Notes: generated from the letters alone by a model not told the origin. A DNA stretch of 64,000 nt from Sedimentisphaerales bacterium (GCA_963663965.2 CAXXFK010000006.1:1-64000); one strand, 5' to 3'. Shown: positions 19,959 to 29,666, counted from the stretch's first letter. Translations and numbers: made by a program.

Positions 19959-20874
19959 GCAGAAGCGCCTGGCGATAGAGCCGGGCCATCCCCGGATTCC
20001 GATCGATCGTCAGTGTGAACTGCTGGGCCTGGCCCGCAGTAGTTACTATTATCGTCCCTGCCGGGACACGGAGTACCATGAGAGTCTGATGCGGCTATTG
20101 GATGAACAATACCTCAAAACCCCTTGTTACGGGGTTGACAAGATGACGCAGTGGCTGCGTCGTCAAGGCCACATCGTCAATCCGAAGCGCGTGCGCCGTT
20201 TGCTCCGGCTGATGGGCTTAGAAGCGATTTATCCGCGCGTTAAGCGGCATTTGAGCCAACCGGACCCGGCCCACAAGATTTATCCCTACCTGCTTGATGG
20301 GGTGGTGGTTACCCGGCCGAACCAGGTCTGGTCGACCGATATTACCTATATCCGCATGTCTCAGGGCTGGGTGTACTTAACGGCGGTCATGGATTGGTTC
20401 AGCCGTTATGTGTTAAGCTGGGAAGTTTCGATCACGCTGGAGGCCGATTTTTGCGTATCGGCGTTGGAGCAGGCGCTGGGCCAGGGCACCCCGGAGATCT
20501 TCAATACGGATCAGGGCAGCCAATTTACATCAGTGGATTTTATCCGGCCCTTGAAAGATGCCGGGATTTTAATCAGCATGGATGGCCGGGGCCGGGTATT
20601 TGACAACATATTTGTCGAACGGTTATGGCGTTCGGTCAAGGTGGAGGAGGTCTATCTGCGAGATTACCAGACGGTGGCCGAGGCGGTGTTAGGCCTGGGC
20701 CGCTATTTTGAGTTTTACAATCATGAACGGCTGCACGAGGCCCTGGGATACCTTACCCCGGCCGAGGTGTTCGCCGGGGCTGTCGCCCCTCCAGTCGCCC
20801 TCCGGGCTCCTTCCGGGGCGACAGCCCCCACCGTGGCGATAACTCCATCTAAGAAAGTCAATATTTTTGTCTAG
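19948..20874 (+). CDS. IS3 transposase OrfB (DDE integrase core)
   Basis: WSTDITY, DWFSR, FNTDQGSQF, DNIFVERLWRSVKVE, YNHERLH. Confidence 0.92.
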   Translation: MTLEQKRLAIEPGHPRIPIDRQCELLGLARSSYYYRPCRDTEYHESLMRLLDEQYLKTPCYGVDKMTQWLRRQGHIVNPKRVRRLLRLMGLEAIYPRVKRHLSQPDPAHKIYPYLLDGVVVTRPNQVWSTDITYIRMSQGWVYLTAVMDWFSRYVLSWEVSITLEADFCVSALEQALGQGTPEIFNTDQGSQFTSVDFIRPLKDAGILISMDGRGRVFDNIFVERLWRSVKVEEVYLRDYQTVAEAVLGLGRYFEFYNHERLHEALGYLTPAEVFAGAVAPPVALRAPSGATAPTVAITPSKKVNIFV

Positions 20875-22038
20875 ACAATGGGGAGGGGTACAGAGTACTG
20901 TTGCGCCGGTCTATCGAAGAGATGAGTTGGGCGTTTACGGTTCCTGCCAGAATTAAGAGGCAGATAATATGTGTGAATGTCTTTTTCATGTTAATTTCTT
21001 CCTCAATATATGAATGGATGCCAAAGTTAATTTGTTTTGCTATATAAAAAGATATTAATGGTGTGGAGCAGGGAAGGACGGTGTGGCCGGATCGGCGGGA
21101 CTGGCCCGGGGAAACATAATAGACCGCAAACACCGGTTTTTCCGGTTGTCATTCCAATTTATCTGAGGCATAATTTTCATAAACCGTTATTATAAATGGA
21201 TTTAAATATTTAGTTTTGGTGACCCATTCTCAGAATAGACAATGCTGGGAAATCGTATTAATCTGCTGGACTTGTTTCAACATTTCAATATATTCCTTTG
21301 CGGCATGCAAATAACGCATGCAAGTATTCAAGACCCAATATAAAATTTGTATATTTGTATTATCTTGAATATCAAGTGGTAAGTCAAGAAAATAATTCAT
21401 TACTTGAGATAATTCTTAACATTTTATTAACACGACTAGAAAAAACCCTACAATCATTAGAATCAGGGATCAAAAAGAATTATGGAATGACAAATCAGGA
21501 TAGGGCGGGAGGTAAAGAATTTCTGACAAAGGTTATCCGGGTCGAAAAAGACAGGCCCCGTGATTTTAAATTCCAATAGTGACGAAAGCGCAGCGGGAAC
21601 CCGGCCGATGTGCCGGAAAGTGTGAATTGTTTCCGGAATAACCAATGATATCAAATTTTATGTCCTATAATTCGATGATTATCGATACCAGAAAATCCGG
21701 TTTGTCGTCAGGTGACAGGCCGATAACGCAGAGGGTTCGTCTGATAAGTGTGTTAAAGTAGGAGGTATGCGTAAAGGGGGTTGGGTGCAAAAAAAATATT
21801 TAAAAAAATTCAAGTTGGGGATTTGCATCGAAATGGATTTAAACTGTATATTTAACGTGTGGTCACGAGCTTATCGTTACCCGAGTCTCACATTTAAATA
21901 AGTAAGTGTTCGAAAGCGGTTTTCGCCGGCCGTTGACGATTCAGTCAGTAAGATGGAATTTTTTAGAGAACCGCCAGCTGAATAGAGTTTGGACCCGACT
22001 TGTATGTTCTGGCGGCAAAAGACGCAACAGGAGGTTTC

Positions 22039-23799
22039 ATGTTACGTCAGAAAACCGTAGTACATATCCTGGACCTATCCAGCCGGCGATTGAGCCGGGT
22101 GGTTCGCGCACTGGTGGAAAGCGACGCTTATCGCGAGCAGGTGGAACGGACGATTATTGTCGGACTGGCTGACGCGAATTGCGGGTGCTGGTTTGATGTG
22201 AACCGGGCGGGTTCCAACCGGGTGCATTACTGGCGTGAGGGCGGCGTGTCCGATCGGCGCTACAGCGCAATATTTGAAGGGTTGGAGAAAAAGTTCGGAT
22301 CTCAATATGTGTATGGTCAGGTGGATGGTGAGCTTAATGAAGAGGGAACCGGTCGATCCGTCGAATTTGTTTTAATCGATGTCAGACAGGTTAATATCCA
22401 TCCTGTTAACGCGTTAAAGGGCTGGTTATTTGAAGAGTTTGGTATCGAGAGTATCCGCTATGAGCATGAAAATGACTATGAACGGTTAATTCGGCTGGCG
22501 CCGGCGGCCCTGGGCGCGATCCGGGCATTATTGAAACCATCGCCGGCGAATCCACCGGTTATTATTTCGCATGACATGACCGGAATGCCGACCGCGCTGG
22601 CGGCAGTACTGGATCCACTGGTACTGTTTAAAACGATGTACTGCGCCCATCGGGTGCCCATGGTGCGAACGATTGTTGAGGGTCACCCCGGCCATGATCT
22701 GATGTATAATACCTTGCGCCGCTGGGCACGGGAACACGATTATTATTTAAGCGATCTGTTTGGCTCTCAGGAGTTCAATTACGAATACGCATTGATTGGC
22801 GCGGCACGTTTTTGCGATAATATTATGGCGATGAGCCGCCGCATCAAAGAAGGCCTGCATTTTTTAAGTCCCAGTTTGAAAGAAGCGCGCATCGAGTTGA
22901 TGTACCATGGCGTGGTAGTGGCGCCGGTGAGCTATGAAGCCAAGAACCAGGCGCGCCAGAAAGTGCGTCAGATGGCATTAAAACGTCTGGGTGTTTGTCC
23001 GGACCATATCGTCACGCGCCGGGATCATCTGGATACCGCCAATGCGATCTGGCGCGATTTTCGCGTGCTGGCCGCGTTGAATCAGGAACTCTTGGATGCG
23101 GGCAAGACGGCGGTATTTGTATTGACGCCGCCAGGTGGAGACGGCGCGGACCGTTGCATGGCCGGCGCAGACGCATTGCAGTCGATGTCAGCCCGGCAAT
23201 ACTGGAAGGAATGGTTTGATCAGTTTAATCAGCGAAATACCAATATCAAGATTATGATTTTCGATACGGGCAGTCTGGAAGACTATGAGAGAGAACGCGT
23301 GACTGCTGAAGACATTCTGCTGGCGGGTGACATTGAACTGTCGCAGAATATTTACCGGCCCAGTTGCACCCGTCCGTTGCAGACGGTGGCGGTGGGTGGG
23401 TTATGCGTGGCGAGCGATTCGTGCGGATTGAATGATTTGCTGGCGGATATCGCCGATCGATCCGAAGGCGGAACGCGGCGCTTTGGACCGGGGCGTTTGA
23501 CGGCGCTGGATCTGGTAATCCGGGCGGATTATACCCGGGAATTTTCCGAGGTCAATGACCGGGCCGCCATCATGCAGATCGGGCAGGCGCAGCGGGATCA
23601 GATGGAAGATGAGGTGGCCCGTCAGGTGGCGCAAATTATTTACGAGCGCTTGCCCCGGAGTGAATCGGAATTGGCGGAACGCATGGAGTACGGACGGGAA
23701 TTGCTCCAGGCTGTCACCTGGGATGCCGTATGCAAACGGTATTTTATTCCCGCCCTGGAGTACGCGTATACGCATCATCAGTTTCGTTCAATCGCCTGA
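22039..23799 (+). CDS. Glycogen-synthase-like GT-B glycosyltransferase homolog with degenerate catalytic motifs
   Basis: AGGAGG RBS before ATG 22039; IISHDMTG, YCAHRV, DNIMAMS, MYHGV, IYRPSCTRPLQ..GGLCVASDSCG, TWDAV resemble GT3-type landmarks (HEW.G, THAT, YEPWGYTP.E). Confidence 0.55.
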   Translation: MLRQKTVVHILDLSSRRLSRVVRALVESDAYREQVERTIIVGLADANCGCWFDVNRAGSNRVHYWREGGVSDRRYSAIFEGLEKKFGSQYVYGQVDGELNEEGTGRSVEFVLIDVRQVNIHPVNALKGWLFEEFGIESIRYEHENDYERLIRLAPAALGAIRALLKPSPANPPVIISHDMTGMPTALAAVLDPLVLFKTMYCAHRVPMVRTIVEGHPGHDLMYNTLRRWAREHDYYLSDLFGSQEFNYEYALIGAARFCDNIMAMSRRIKEGLHFLSPSLKEARIELMYHGVVVAPVSYEAKNQARQKVRQMALKRLGVCPDHIVTRRDHLDTANAIWRDFRVLAALNQELLDAGKTAVFVLTPPGGDGADRCMAGADALQSMSARQYWKEWFDQFNQRNTNIKIMIFDTGSLEDYERERVTAEDILLAGDIELSQNIYRPSCTRPLQTVAVGGLCVASDSCGLNDLLADIADRSEGGTRRFGPGRLTALDLVIRADYTREFSEVNDRAAIMQIGQAQRDQMEDEVARQVAQIIYERLPRSESELAERMEYGRELLQAVTWDAVCKRYFIPALEYAYTHHQFRSIA

Positions 23800-23821
23800 A
23801 AGCCAGGCTGCTGACGCCGGG

Positions 23822-24787
23822 TTATTTATCCCGGATCAGCAGATGCTGGGGAAGTGAATCGAGCAGGCCGGTCGATTTCAGGTCGGCCAGGAACCGGGTG
23901 CCATCCTGATAGTATCCGGCTGTTGGTTTGAGGGTTGGGCTGAGTTTCAGGAAATAGTCGTTCAATACCTCCATAAATAATTCACGCAGGTATTTGCTGG
24001 TCATGGAGGCCAGCGCGATCAGCATGTTTTTCTGGTCGCCTTTTTGCAGGAAATGAACTTTCATAAATCGCCGGGCGGCAGAAAGCTGATAACTGCTGAC
24101 GGTATCGGTTTCTTTCAGGATTTTCATGGAGAGATCCGGGTACATTCTCTGGAGATGCTCACGATAATGACTGCGTCCGCCCTGCTTGTCCAGAATGGCT
24201 TGAAGATTGTGTTCGGGATAAGCCGTCCAGATGTGGTGAATGATCTGGCAGGCGGTATTAAACAGGACGGTCGCTTTGTTCTGAGTACGGTGAACCATCT
24301 GGTTATATGATCCCGCCATCAGCGGGCAACTGGTTACCTCTTTCAATTCAAGATAATGCTGTCGGCAATCAGAACGCAGGGAGGATCCCGCAGTCTGGAT
24401 ATCATCTGAGTCAAAATGGAGAGGCCAATGGGTCAGCCTGTCCCGGTACCATGGGTATTCGGCTATGGAATCCAGGCCCTGGCAGTTCAGCCGGGTGAGC
24501 AAGTCAGCGATCGTATGGGGAATTGAGTTGTGGATGGCATAGAGAGCGGCGAGCGTTCCGCGTTGCAACAGGTTGGTTTTGGCAGATTTCTTATGCAGGA
24601 GTTTACTGTCATTGATGAGAATCCTTCCGGAACTTCCTTTGGCTGTCCGGGCAATACTCAGGCGTAAGATCTCCCACAAATCCTGTCCCAGGCAGGAGTC
24701 GGGCAGTTCCATGGTCACGCCGGAAACGACCAGCGGGCCCAGAATCGGACCGTATCCGGCTTCATCAATACCTAATAATAATGTCAT
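23822..24787 (-). CDS. rnhB: Ribonuclease HII-like protein with a large insertion
   Basis: GIDEAGYGPILGPLVVSG, INDSKLL, DKQGGR, KGD..LIALASMTSKYLRE, AGYYQD. Confidence 0.75.
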   Translation of the reverse strand: MTLLLGIDEAGYGPILGPLVVSGVTMELPDSCLGQDLWEILRLSIARTAKGSSGRILINDSKLLHKKSAKTNLLQRGTLAALYAIHNSIPHTIADLLTRLNCQGLDSIAEYPWYRDRLTHWPLHFDSDDIQTAGSSLRSDCRQHYLELKEVTSCPLMAGSYNQMVHRTQNKATVLFNTACQIIHHIWTAYPEHNLQAILDKQGGRSHYREHLQRMYPDLSMKILKETDTVSSYQLSAARRFMKVHFLQKGDQKNMLIALASMTSKYLRELFMEVLNDYFLKLSPTLKPTAGYYQDGTRFLADLKSTGLLDSLPQHLLIRDK

Positions 24788-25007
24788 CGTATTTTCCTTG
24801 ATTAGAGCAGGCAGTATAGCAGATAGGAAAGGGGTGTTAAAGAAATTGTTCATAAAACCATTCTTTCAGGGCTGCAAGCGAGCACTTCGTGTGCGGTGAG
24901 ATAATTATTTGCCAATGTATGGCGTCACAAAGAACCGTAAATATTGTCAAATATGCCCGGTTCATTGCTTATTGCCAGAGAAAAATGTCATTGCTTTCGT
25001 CTCTAAA

Positions 25008-25175
25008 GAACCGTTCATCAATAACACCTTCATTTCTCATCCCATCTTGCCGCCATCTTCAGCCGCTTCTCTATTCTCGACATAGAATCGCTATGCCTTC
25101 GGTTTCGCTCAATCGGCGCGACTGAATCTGACAACAAGCTATGCGATAAATGCAGCATTTATTTATGGACGGTTC
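25008..25175. mobile_element. 168-bp MITE-like element
   Basis: 17-bp terminal IRs GAACCGTTCATCAATAA and (reverse complement) GAACCGTCCATAAATAA (15/17), flanked by CTAAA on both sides (25003-25007, 25176-25180); internal self-complementarity; no ORF. Confidence 0.75.
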
Positions 25176-25332
25176 CTAAAGCAATGTTTAGCGGTGCCCT
25201 TAACGTTTGGAGGATACTATTGTTATCATTTTCACAGGTTTTTAGTTGATTTTGTGTATCAACCTGTCTATGATTCATATTTCCGTAATTATTCATAAAC
25301 CCTATGTCATTATCTAGCAGTAAGTTATAATA

Positions 25333-26691
25333 ATGAGCGATAGCAATAACCAGGTCTTCGGCAAATGTACGTTTAAGCGAGGCGTTCATCCCCCGCATCG
25401 AAAGATGTCGGAGATGGACTCGATCAGTGAAATTATCATAAAGCCGGGCCAGCTTTTTGTGCTGCCGATGGTGCAGCACATCGGCGCTCCCTGTCAGCCA
25501 TGTGTCGAAAAAGGACAGGACGTTGAGGCGGGACAGGTGGTCGGTCAGGCGGAGGCTTTTGTCTCTGCGACAGTACACAGTTCTGTGCGGGGAGTGGTCA
25601 AAGAGGTGGTCGATATGCCTCATCCCAGCGGCCGACGAGTCTTAAGTGTGGTTGTCACAGCCGGGGAAAATCAACCGGGGATTCCTGAATGGCAAACGGT
25701 TGAAGATCAGCCGGTTGAGCCAATGGATCCTCATGGGATTGCCACGAAAGCTCGAGAGGCCGGTCTGGTGGGACAAGGGGGCGCGGCTTTCCCAACGCAT
25801 GTCAAGCTGGCCCGTAATCCGCAAAAACCGATTGACACGATTCTGCTGAATGGTTGCGAATGTGAACCCTATCTGACCAGTGATCATCGGTTAATGCTGG
25901 AAGCCGCTCAACCGATTATCAAAGGACTGGAACTGGCCGTGCACGCCACCGGGGCTCGAAAAGGGATCATAGCCATCGAAGATAACAAGCCCGACGCAAT
26001 AGAGAAAATCAGGCGCTTGATTACGGGTAAATCCAAGCTTCAACTGGCGATTTGTAAAACGAAATATCCACAGGGGGGCGAAAAACAACTCATCAGCGCC
26101 GTTTTGAAACGCGCGGTTCCCAACGGGGGTTTGCCATTGGATGTGGGAGTGGTGGTGATGAACGCGGGTACCGCGGCGTCGCTGGCCTTTGCGGTGATAG
26201 AGAGCCGGCCGGTTTATCGCCGGGTGGTCACTGTGACCGGCAGGGGCATCAAGAATACCGGTAATTATCTGGTGCCGGTGGGGATGCTGCTGGAAGACCT
26301 GTTGAAGGAATGCGGCGGCTTAACCCGCGATGCCGGCAAAGTGTTGCTGGGCGGTCCGATGATGGGGCCTACTACCTCCCGTCTGGATGTTCCGATTCTG
26401 AAAGGGACCAGCGGGATAACCGTGATGAGTCAGGAAGAGTTTCGTGTTATTCAAGAAACCGCTTGTATACGCTGCAGCCGTTGTGTGGATGTCTGTCCGA
26501 TGAATCTGGTGCCAACCCGGATCGCACACGCGGTGAAAGCGCGTGATATCGAAATGGCCCTGGATTGGGATTTGACGGCATGTATGGAATGCGGATGTTG
26601 TACCTATGTGTGCCCGGCCCAGATTCCGTTATTACAGTACTTGCGATCCGGCAAGGTATTCGCGCGGCAGTTACAAAATCAAAAAGGATAA
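25333..26691 (+). CDS. rnfC: Rnf electron transport complex subunit C
   Basis: TFKRGVHPP, QHIGAP, GQGGAAFPTHVK, NGCECEPYLTSD, KYPQGGEKQL, two CxxCxxCxxxCP clusters. Confidence 0.96.
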   Translation: MSDSNNQVFGKCTFKRGVHPPHRKMSEMDSISEIIIKPGQLFVLPMVQHIGAPCQPCVEKGQDVEAGQVVGQAEAFVSATVHSSVRGVVKEVVDMPHPSGRRVLSVVVTAGENQPGIPEWQTVEDQPVEPMDPHGIATKAREAGLVGQGGAAFPTHVKLARNPQKPIDTILLNGCECEPYLTSDHRLMLEAAQPIIKGLELAVHATGARKGIIAIEDNKPDAIEKIRRLITGKSKLQLAICKTKYPQGGEKQLISAVLKRAVPNGGLPLDVGVVVMNAGTAASLAFAVIESRPVYRRVVTVTGRGIKNTGNYLVPVGMLLEDLLKECGGLTRDAGKVLLGGPMMGPTTSRLDVPILKGTSGITVMSQEEFRVIQETACIRCSRCVDVCPMNLVPTRIAHAVKARDIEMALDWDLTACMECGCCTYVCPAQIPLLQYLRSGKVFARQLQNQKG

Positions 26692-26714
26692 TCCCTCATA
26701 CGATAGAAATTCAG

Positions 26715-27755
26715 ATGACAGACCAGGCAGAATCCAAATCCAGTGTATTGATTGTATCGTCTTCTCCCCACCTATCCGAACCGGCGACCAGCCGGCGCGT
26801 GATGATCGAAGTGTGTATCGGGTGCATTCCCGCAGCCATTGTCGGATTCATCATGTTCAAGATGGCGGTCCTGATCTTGCTGGTCAGTTGTATCGCATCA
26901 GGATTAATCACCGAATACCTGTTCAATATGGCCCGTAAAAAAGTCCAGACGATTAGTGACGGCAGCGTGGTCGTGACGGCAATTATCCTGGCGTTATCAT
27001 TGCCGCCGGCCTTTCCCTGGTGGGCGGCTGTCATCGGGATGGTAATCGCTGTGGCGATCGGGAAAATGGTATTTGGCGGATTGGGACATAACATTTTCAA
27101 TCCGGCCATGGTGGGACGGGCGTTTTTGATGGCCTGTTTCGGAATGATGATGACCACCTGGACGGTTCCGGATGTGAAAGGTTTCGATCAGGATATTCAA
27201 GCGGTTACCGGGCAGACGCCGCTGGCGCTGGCCAAACAACCGATCAAGGATGCCGCCAATGTCGATAAGCCGGTCCAAGAAAAGACGACCGCCCATCCGG
27301 CCAATGAATTGCTGCAGGAAGTACTGCTGGGCAAATCGATGGGATCGGTGGGCGAGACCTCGGCGCTGGCCTGGCTGATTGGCGGATTATTTTTACTCTG
27401 GCGCGGAACGATTACCTGGCACATTCCCATTGGCGTTCTGGGCTCCTCTTTGGTGATTGCCCTGATTGCCTGGCTCTCGAACAGCGAGATCTATGTCAAT
27501 CCGTTGATTCACCTCTTTGGCGGGGGTATGATGATGTGTGCGTTCTTTATCGCCACCGATCCGGTCAGTTGTCCGTTACCCCGTCTGGGGCGGTTGATCT
27601 TTGGTATTGGGGTGGGGACCCTGATTATGTTGATCCGTCTGAAGGGCGGCTATCCCGAAGGAGTAATGTACGCGATATTATTAATGAATTCTGTGTCCCC
27701 GTTAATAGGCCGCTGGACGCGTCCGGCGCCGTTTGGCGGACGTCCCAACCGGTAA
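26715..27755 (+). CDS. rnfD: Rnf complex subunit D
   Basis: SSSPH, FGGLGHNIFNPAMVGRAFL, GSVGETSA, FFIATDPVS, YPEGVMYAILLMN. Confidence 0.95.
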   Translation: MTDQAESKSSVLIVSSSPHLSEPATSRRVMIEVCIGCIPAAIVGFIMFKMAVLILLVSCIASGLITEYLFNMARKKVQTISDGSVVVTAIILALSLPPAFPWWAAVIGMVIAVAIGKMVFGGLGHNIFNPAMVGRAFLMACFGMMMTTWTVPDVKGFDQDIQAVTGQTPLALAKQPIKDAANVDKPVQEKTTAHPANELLQEVLLGKSMGSVGETSALAWLIGGLFLLWRGTITWHIPIGVLGSSLVIALIAWLSNSEIYVNPLIHLFGGGMMMCAFFIATDPVSCPLPRLGRLIFGIGVGTLIMLIRLKGGYPEGVMYAILLMNSVSPLIGRWTRPAPFGGRPNR

Positions 27756-27790
27756 TATTTGAAAAATCAATTAAGCAAGATTGAGTGATT

Positions 27791-28387
27791 ATGATAGCGA
27801 ACTTTATTAAACAATCCTGGCTGGTAATCGTTTCGGCGCTGGTATTTGGCCTGCTGGTGGCGCTGGTACAGGGGCAATTGGATCCGATGATCAAGGCGAA
27901 TGCCGAAAAGAAATTGCTCAAGTCAATGGCGGGTCTGTTTTTACAGAAGGCAGAGGTGACAAAAGACGACCTGAATAGTTTGAAAGTGAATCCGGTAGTG
28001 GATCCGGATACCCAGCAGGTTTTGTATTACAAAGTCAGCAAGGCGGATACTCTGGCGGGATACGCTTTCGAGGCGGAAGGCGGGGGATTTGCCGATAAGA
28101 TCAAACTGCTGGTGACGCTGGACGCGCAAAAGGAAAAGCTGATGGGAATCGGGATTTTGAAGACAAACGAAACACCGGGATTTGGCGATAAAATGAAAGA
28201 GTCGGCTTTCAAAGATCAATTTTCCGGCAAACCGGTTCCGACCCTCAAAGCCAAACTGGTCGTGGTGAAACGGCCGGTTGAGGCGGATGTCGAAATTGAA
28301 TCGATCACAGGCGCGACCATTTCATCGGACGCTGTTGTGAAAATCGTTAATACCTCGGTAATGAATATCGCAGATCAATTAAAATAA
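27791..28387 (+). CDS. rnfG: Rnf complex subunit G
   Basis: N-terminal TM helix, ETPGFGDK, FMN-attachment motif ITGATISS. Confidence 0.93.
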   Translation: MIANFIKQSWLVIVSALVFGLLVALVQGQLDPMIKANAEKKLLKSMAGLFLQKAEVTKDDLNSLKVNPVVDPDTQQVLYYKVSKADTLAGYAFEAEGGGFADKIKLLVTLDAQKEKLMGIGILKTNETPGFGDKMKESAFKDQFSGKPVPTLKAKLVVVKRPVEADVEIESITGATISSDAVVKIVNTSVMNIADQLK

Positions 28388-28408
28388 CCCAATAAAGCAG
28401 TTACTCTT

Positions 28409-29038
28409 ATGAATGAATCCAGTCAACCATCCAAAACCGCTGCCAGACCTGAAGCGATCGTACATTTTATCCGGGGTTTATGGGCAGAAAACGCGATCTT
28501 TCGACAGTTGCTGGGCATGTGTCCCACACTGGCGGTTACGGCGGAAGTGCAACCCGCCCTGACCATGGGACTGGCGACCATGTTCGTGCTGATCTGTTCG
28601 AATGTAGTGGTTTCCCTGATGCGTAATTTGTTGCAGGGCCATTTGCGAATTTTGATGTTTACCCTGACGATTGCGGCGTTTGTCACGATCGCGGATCTGG
28701 CTTTGCAGGCGTTTGTGCCGGATATGTCCGAGAAACTGGGGCCTTATGTGCCGTTGATTATTGTCAACTGCCTGATTATTGGCCGGGCTGAAGCGTGCGG
28801 CAGCCGCAAAGGGGTCTTTGTCAGCCTGATGGACGCCATCGGGATGGGATTGGGCTTTACTTTTAGTTTATGTGTGCTGGCCACGGTACGCGAGTTGCTG
28901 GCGGATGGCGAATTCTGGAATATTGCCATCATGCCCAAATCGTTTGTCCCCTGGAATGCCATGAAATTACCGGCGGGCGCGTTTATCACGCTGGGGATTC
29001 TGCTGGGACTGAGCAATCATTTTCTCAAGAAAAAATAA
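28409..29038 (+). CDS. rnfE: Rnf complex subunit E
   Basis: LLGMCPTLAVT, PLIIVNCLIIGRAE, RELL, PAGAFITLG. Confidence 0.95.
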   Translation: MNESSQPSKTAARPEAIVHFIRGLWAENAIFRQLLGMCPTLAVTAEVQPALTMGLATMFVLICSNVVVSLMRNLLQGHLRILMFTLTIAAFVTIADLALQAFVPDMSEKLGPYVPLIIVNCLIIGRAEACGSRKGVFVSLMDAIGMGLGFTFSLCVLATVRELLADGEFWNIAIMPKSFVPWNAMKLPAGAFITLGILLGLSNHFLKKK

Positions 29039-29050
29039 CGAGTTGCAACT

Positions 29051-29641
29051 ATGGAATTATTTAGCCATTTAATTGTAGTCTTTATTTCGATCGCCGTGGT
29101 GAACAACCTGGTGCTGACCAAGTTTCTGGGGATCTGCCCTTATATCGGGGTTTCCCGTAAGGTGGACATGGCCTTTGGCATGGGTTGCGCGGTGACTTTC
29201 GTGATGACGATCAGCGGATCGATGACCTGGATAATTAATCAGATGGTGCTGGTTCCCCTGAAACTGGATTTTCTGAAATATATCGCGTTTATTATGGTGA
29301 TCGCCAGCATGGTGCAACTGGTGGAGATGTATGTCCGGAAGTTTTTCCCGCCGTTATATAAAAGTTTTGGGATTTTCCTGCCCCTGATTGTGACCAATTG
29401 CGCCATTCTGGGCACCTGTTTGTTTATCGACCTGTGGGGCTACGATTTTCTGGAGGCGCTGGTCGCCAGTTTTGGCGGGGGGCTTGGTTTTACCCTGGCG
29501 ATCTGTATTATGGGCGGTATCCGTGAGAGTCTGGAATGGGCGGATGTCCCGGCCGCTTTGAAAGGGGCGGGGATCACCCTGATAACCGCCGGAATCATGA
29601 CCCTGGCATTTATGGGCTTTTCGGGCATGGTCAAAGGATAA
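29051..29641 (+). CDS. rnfA: Rnf complex subunit A
   Basis: NNLVLTKFLGICP, GMGCAVTFV, GIFLPLIVTNCAILG, LAFMGF. Confidence 0.95.
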   Translation: MELFSHLIVVFISIAVVNNLVLTKFLGICPYIGVSRKVDMAFGMGCAVTFVMTISGSMTWIINQMVLVPLKLDFLKYIAFIMVIASMVQLVEMYVRKFFPPLYKSFGIFLPLIVTNCAILGTCLFIDLWGYDFLEALVASFGGGLGFTLAICIMGGIRESLEWADVPAALKGAGITLITAGIMTLAFMGFSGMVKG

Positions 29642-29666
29642 GCCTGCAATGGCACTGAGATAACCT

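Larger units (their letters stand above)
19571..20892 (+). mobile_element. Complete IS3-family insertion sequence, 1322 bp, 3-bp target duplication GAG
   Basis: Imperfect terminal IRs TATAATACTCCCCAAAAACTGGACAAAAA and (reverse complement) TGTACCCCTCCCCATTGTCTAGACAAAAA; GAG at 19568-19570 and 20893-20895; orfA plus orfB inside. Confidence 0.93.
17580..20989 (-). pseudogene. Secreted LamG/PKD-like/dockerin-like protein (694 aa reconstructed) interrupted by an IS3 element
   Basis: N-terminus MKKTFTHIICLLILAGTVNAQLISSIDRRNST from ATG 20989 joins in frame to RTAPEISATPLAEDSLCFVDRTHQW...VLSDWAEV (ORF 17580..19406) once 19571-20892 and one GAG copy are removed. Confidence 0.9.

Noticed and set aside
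21697..21726. Sigma28-like GCCGATAA box (also near 62922)
   Set aside because: No matching TAAA -35 at the correct spacing; the second instance points against local gene orientation.
21760..21803. Micro-ORF MRKGVGCKKNI after AGGAGG
   Set aside because: SD-to-ATG spacing of 1 nt is implausible; no other support.
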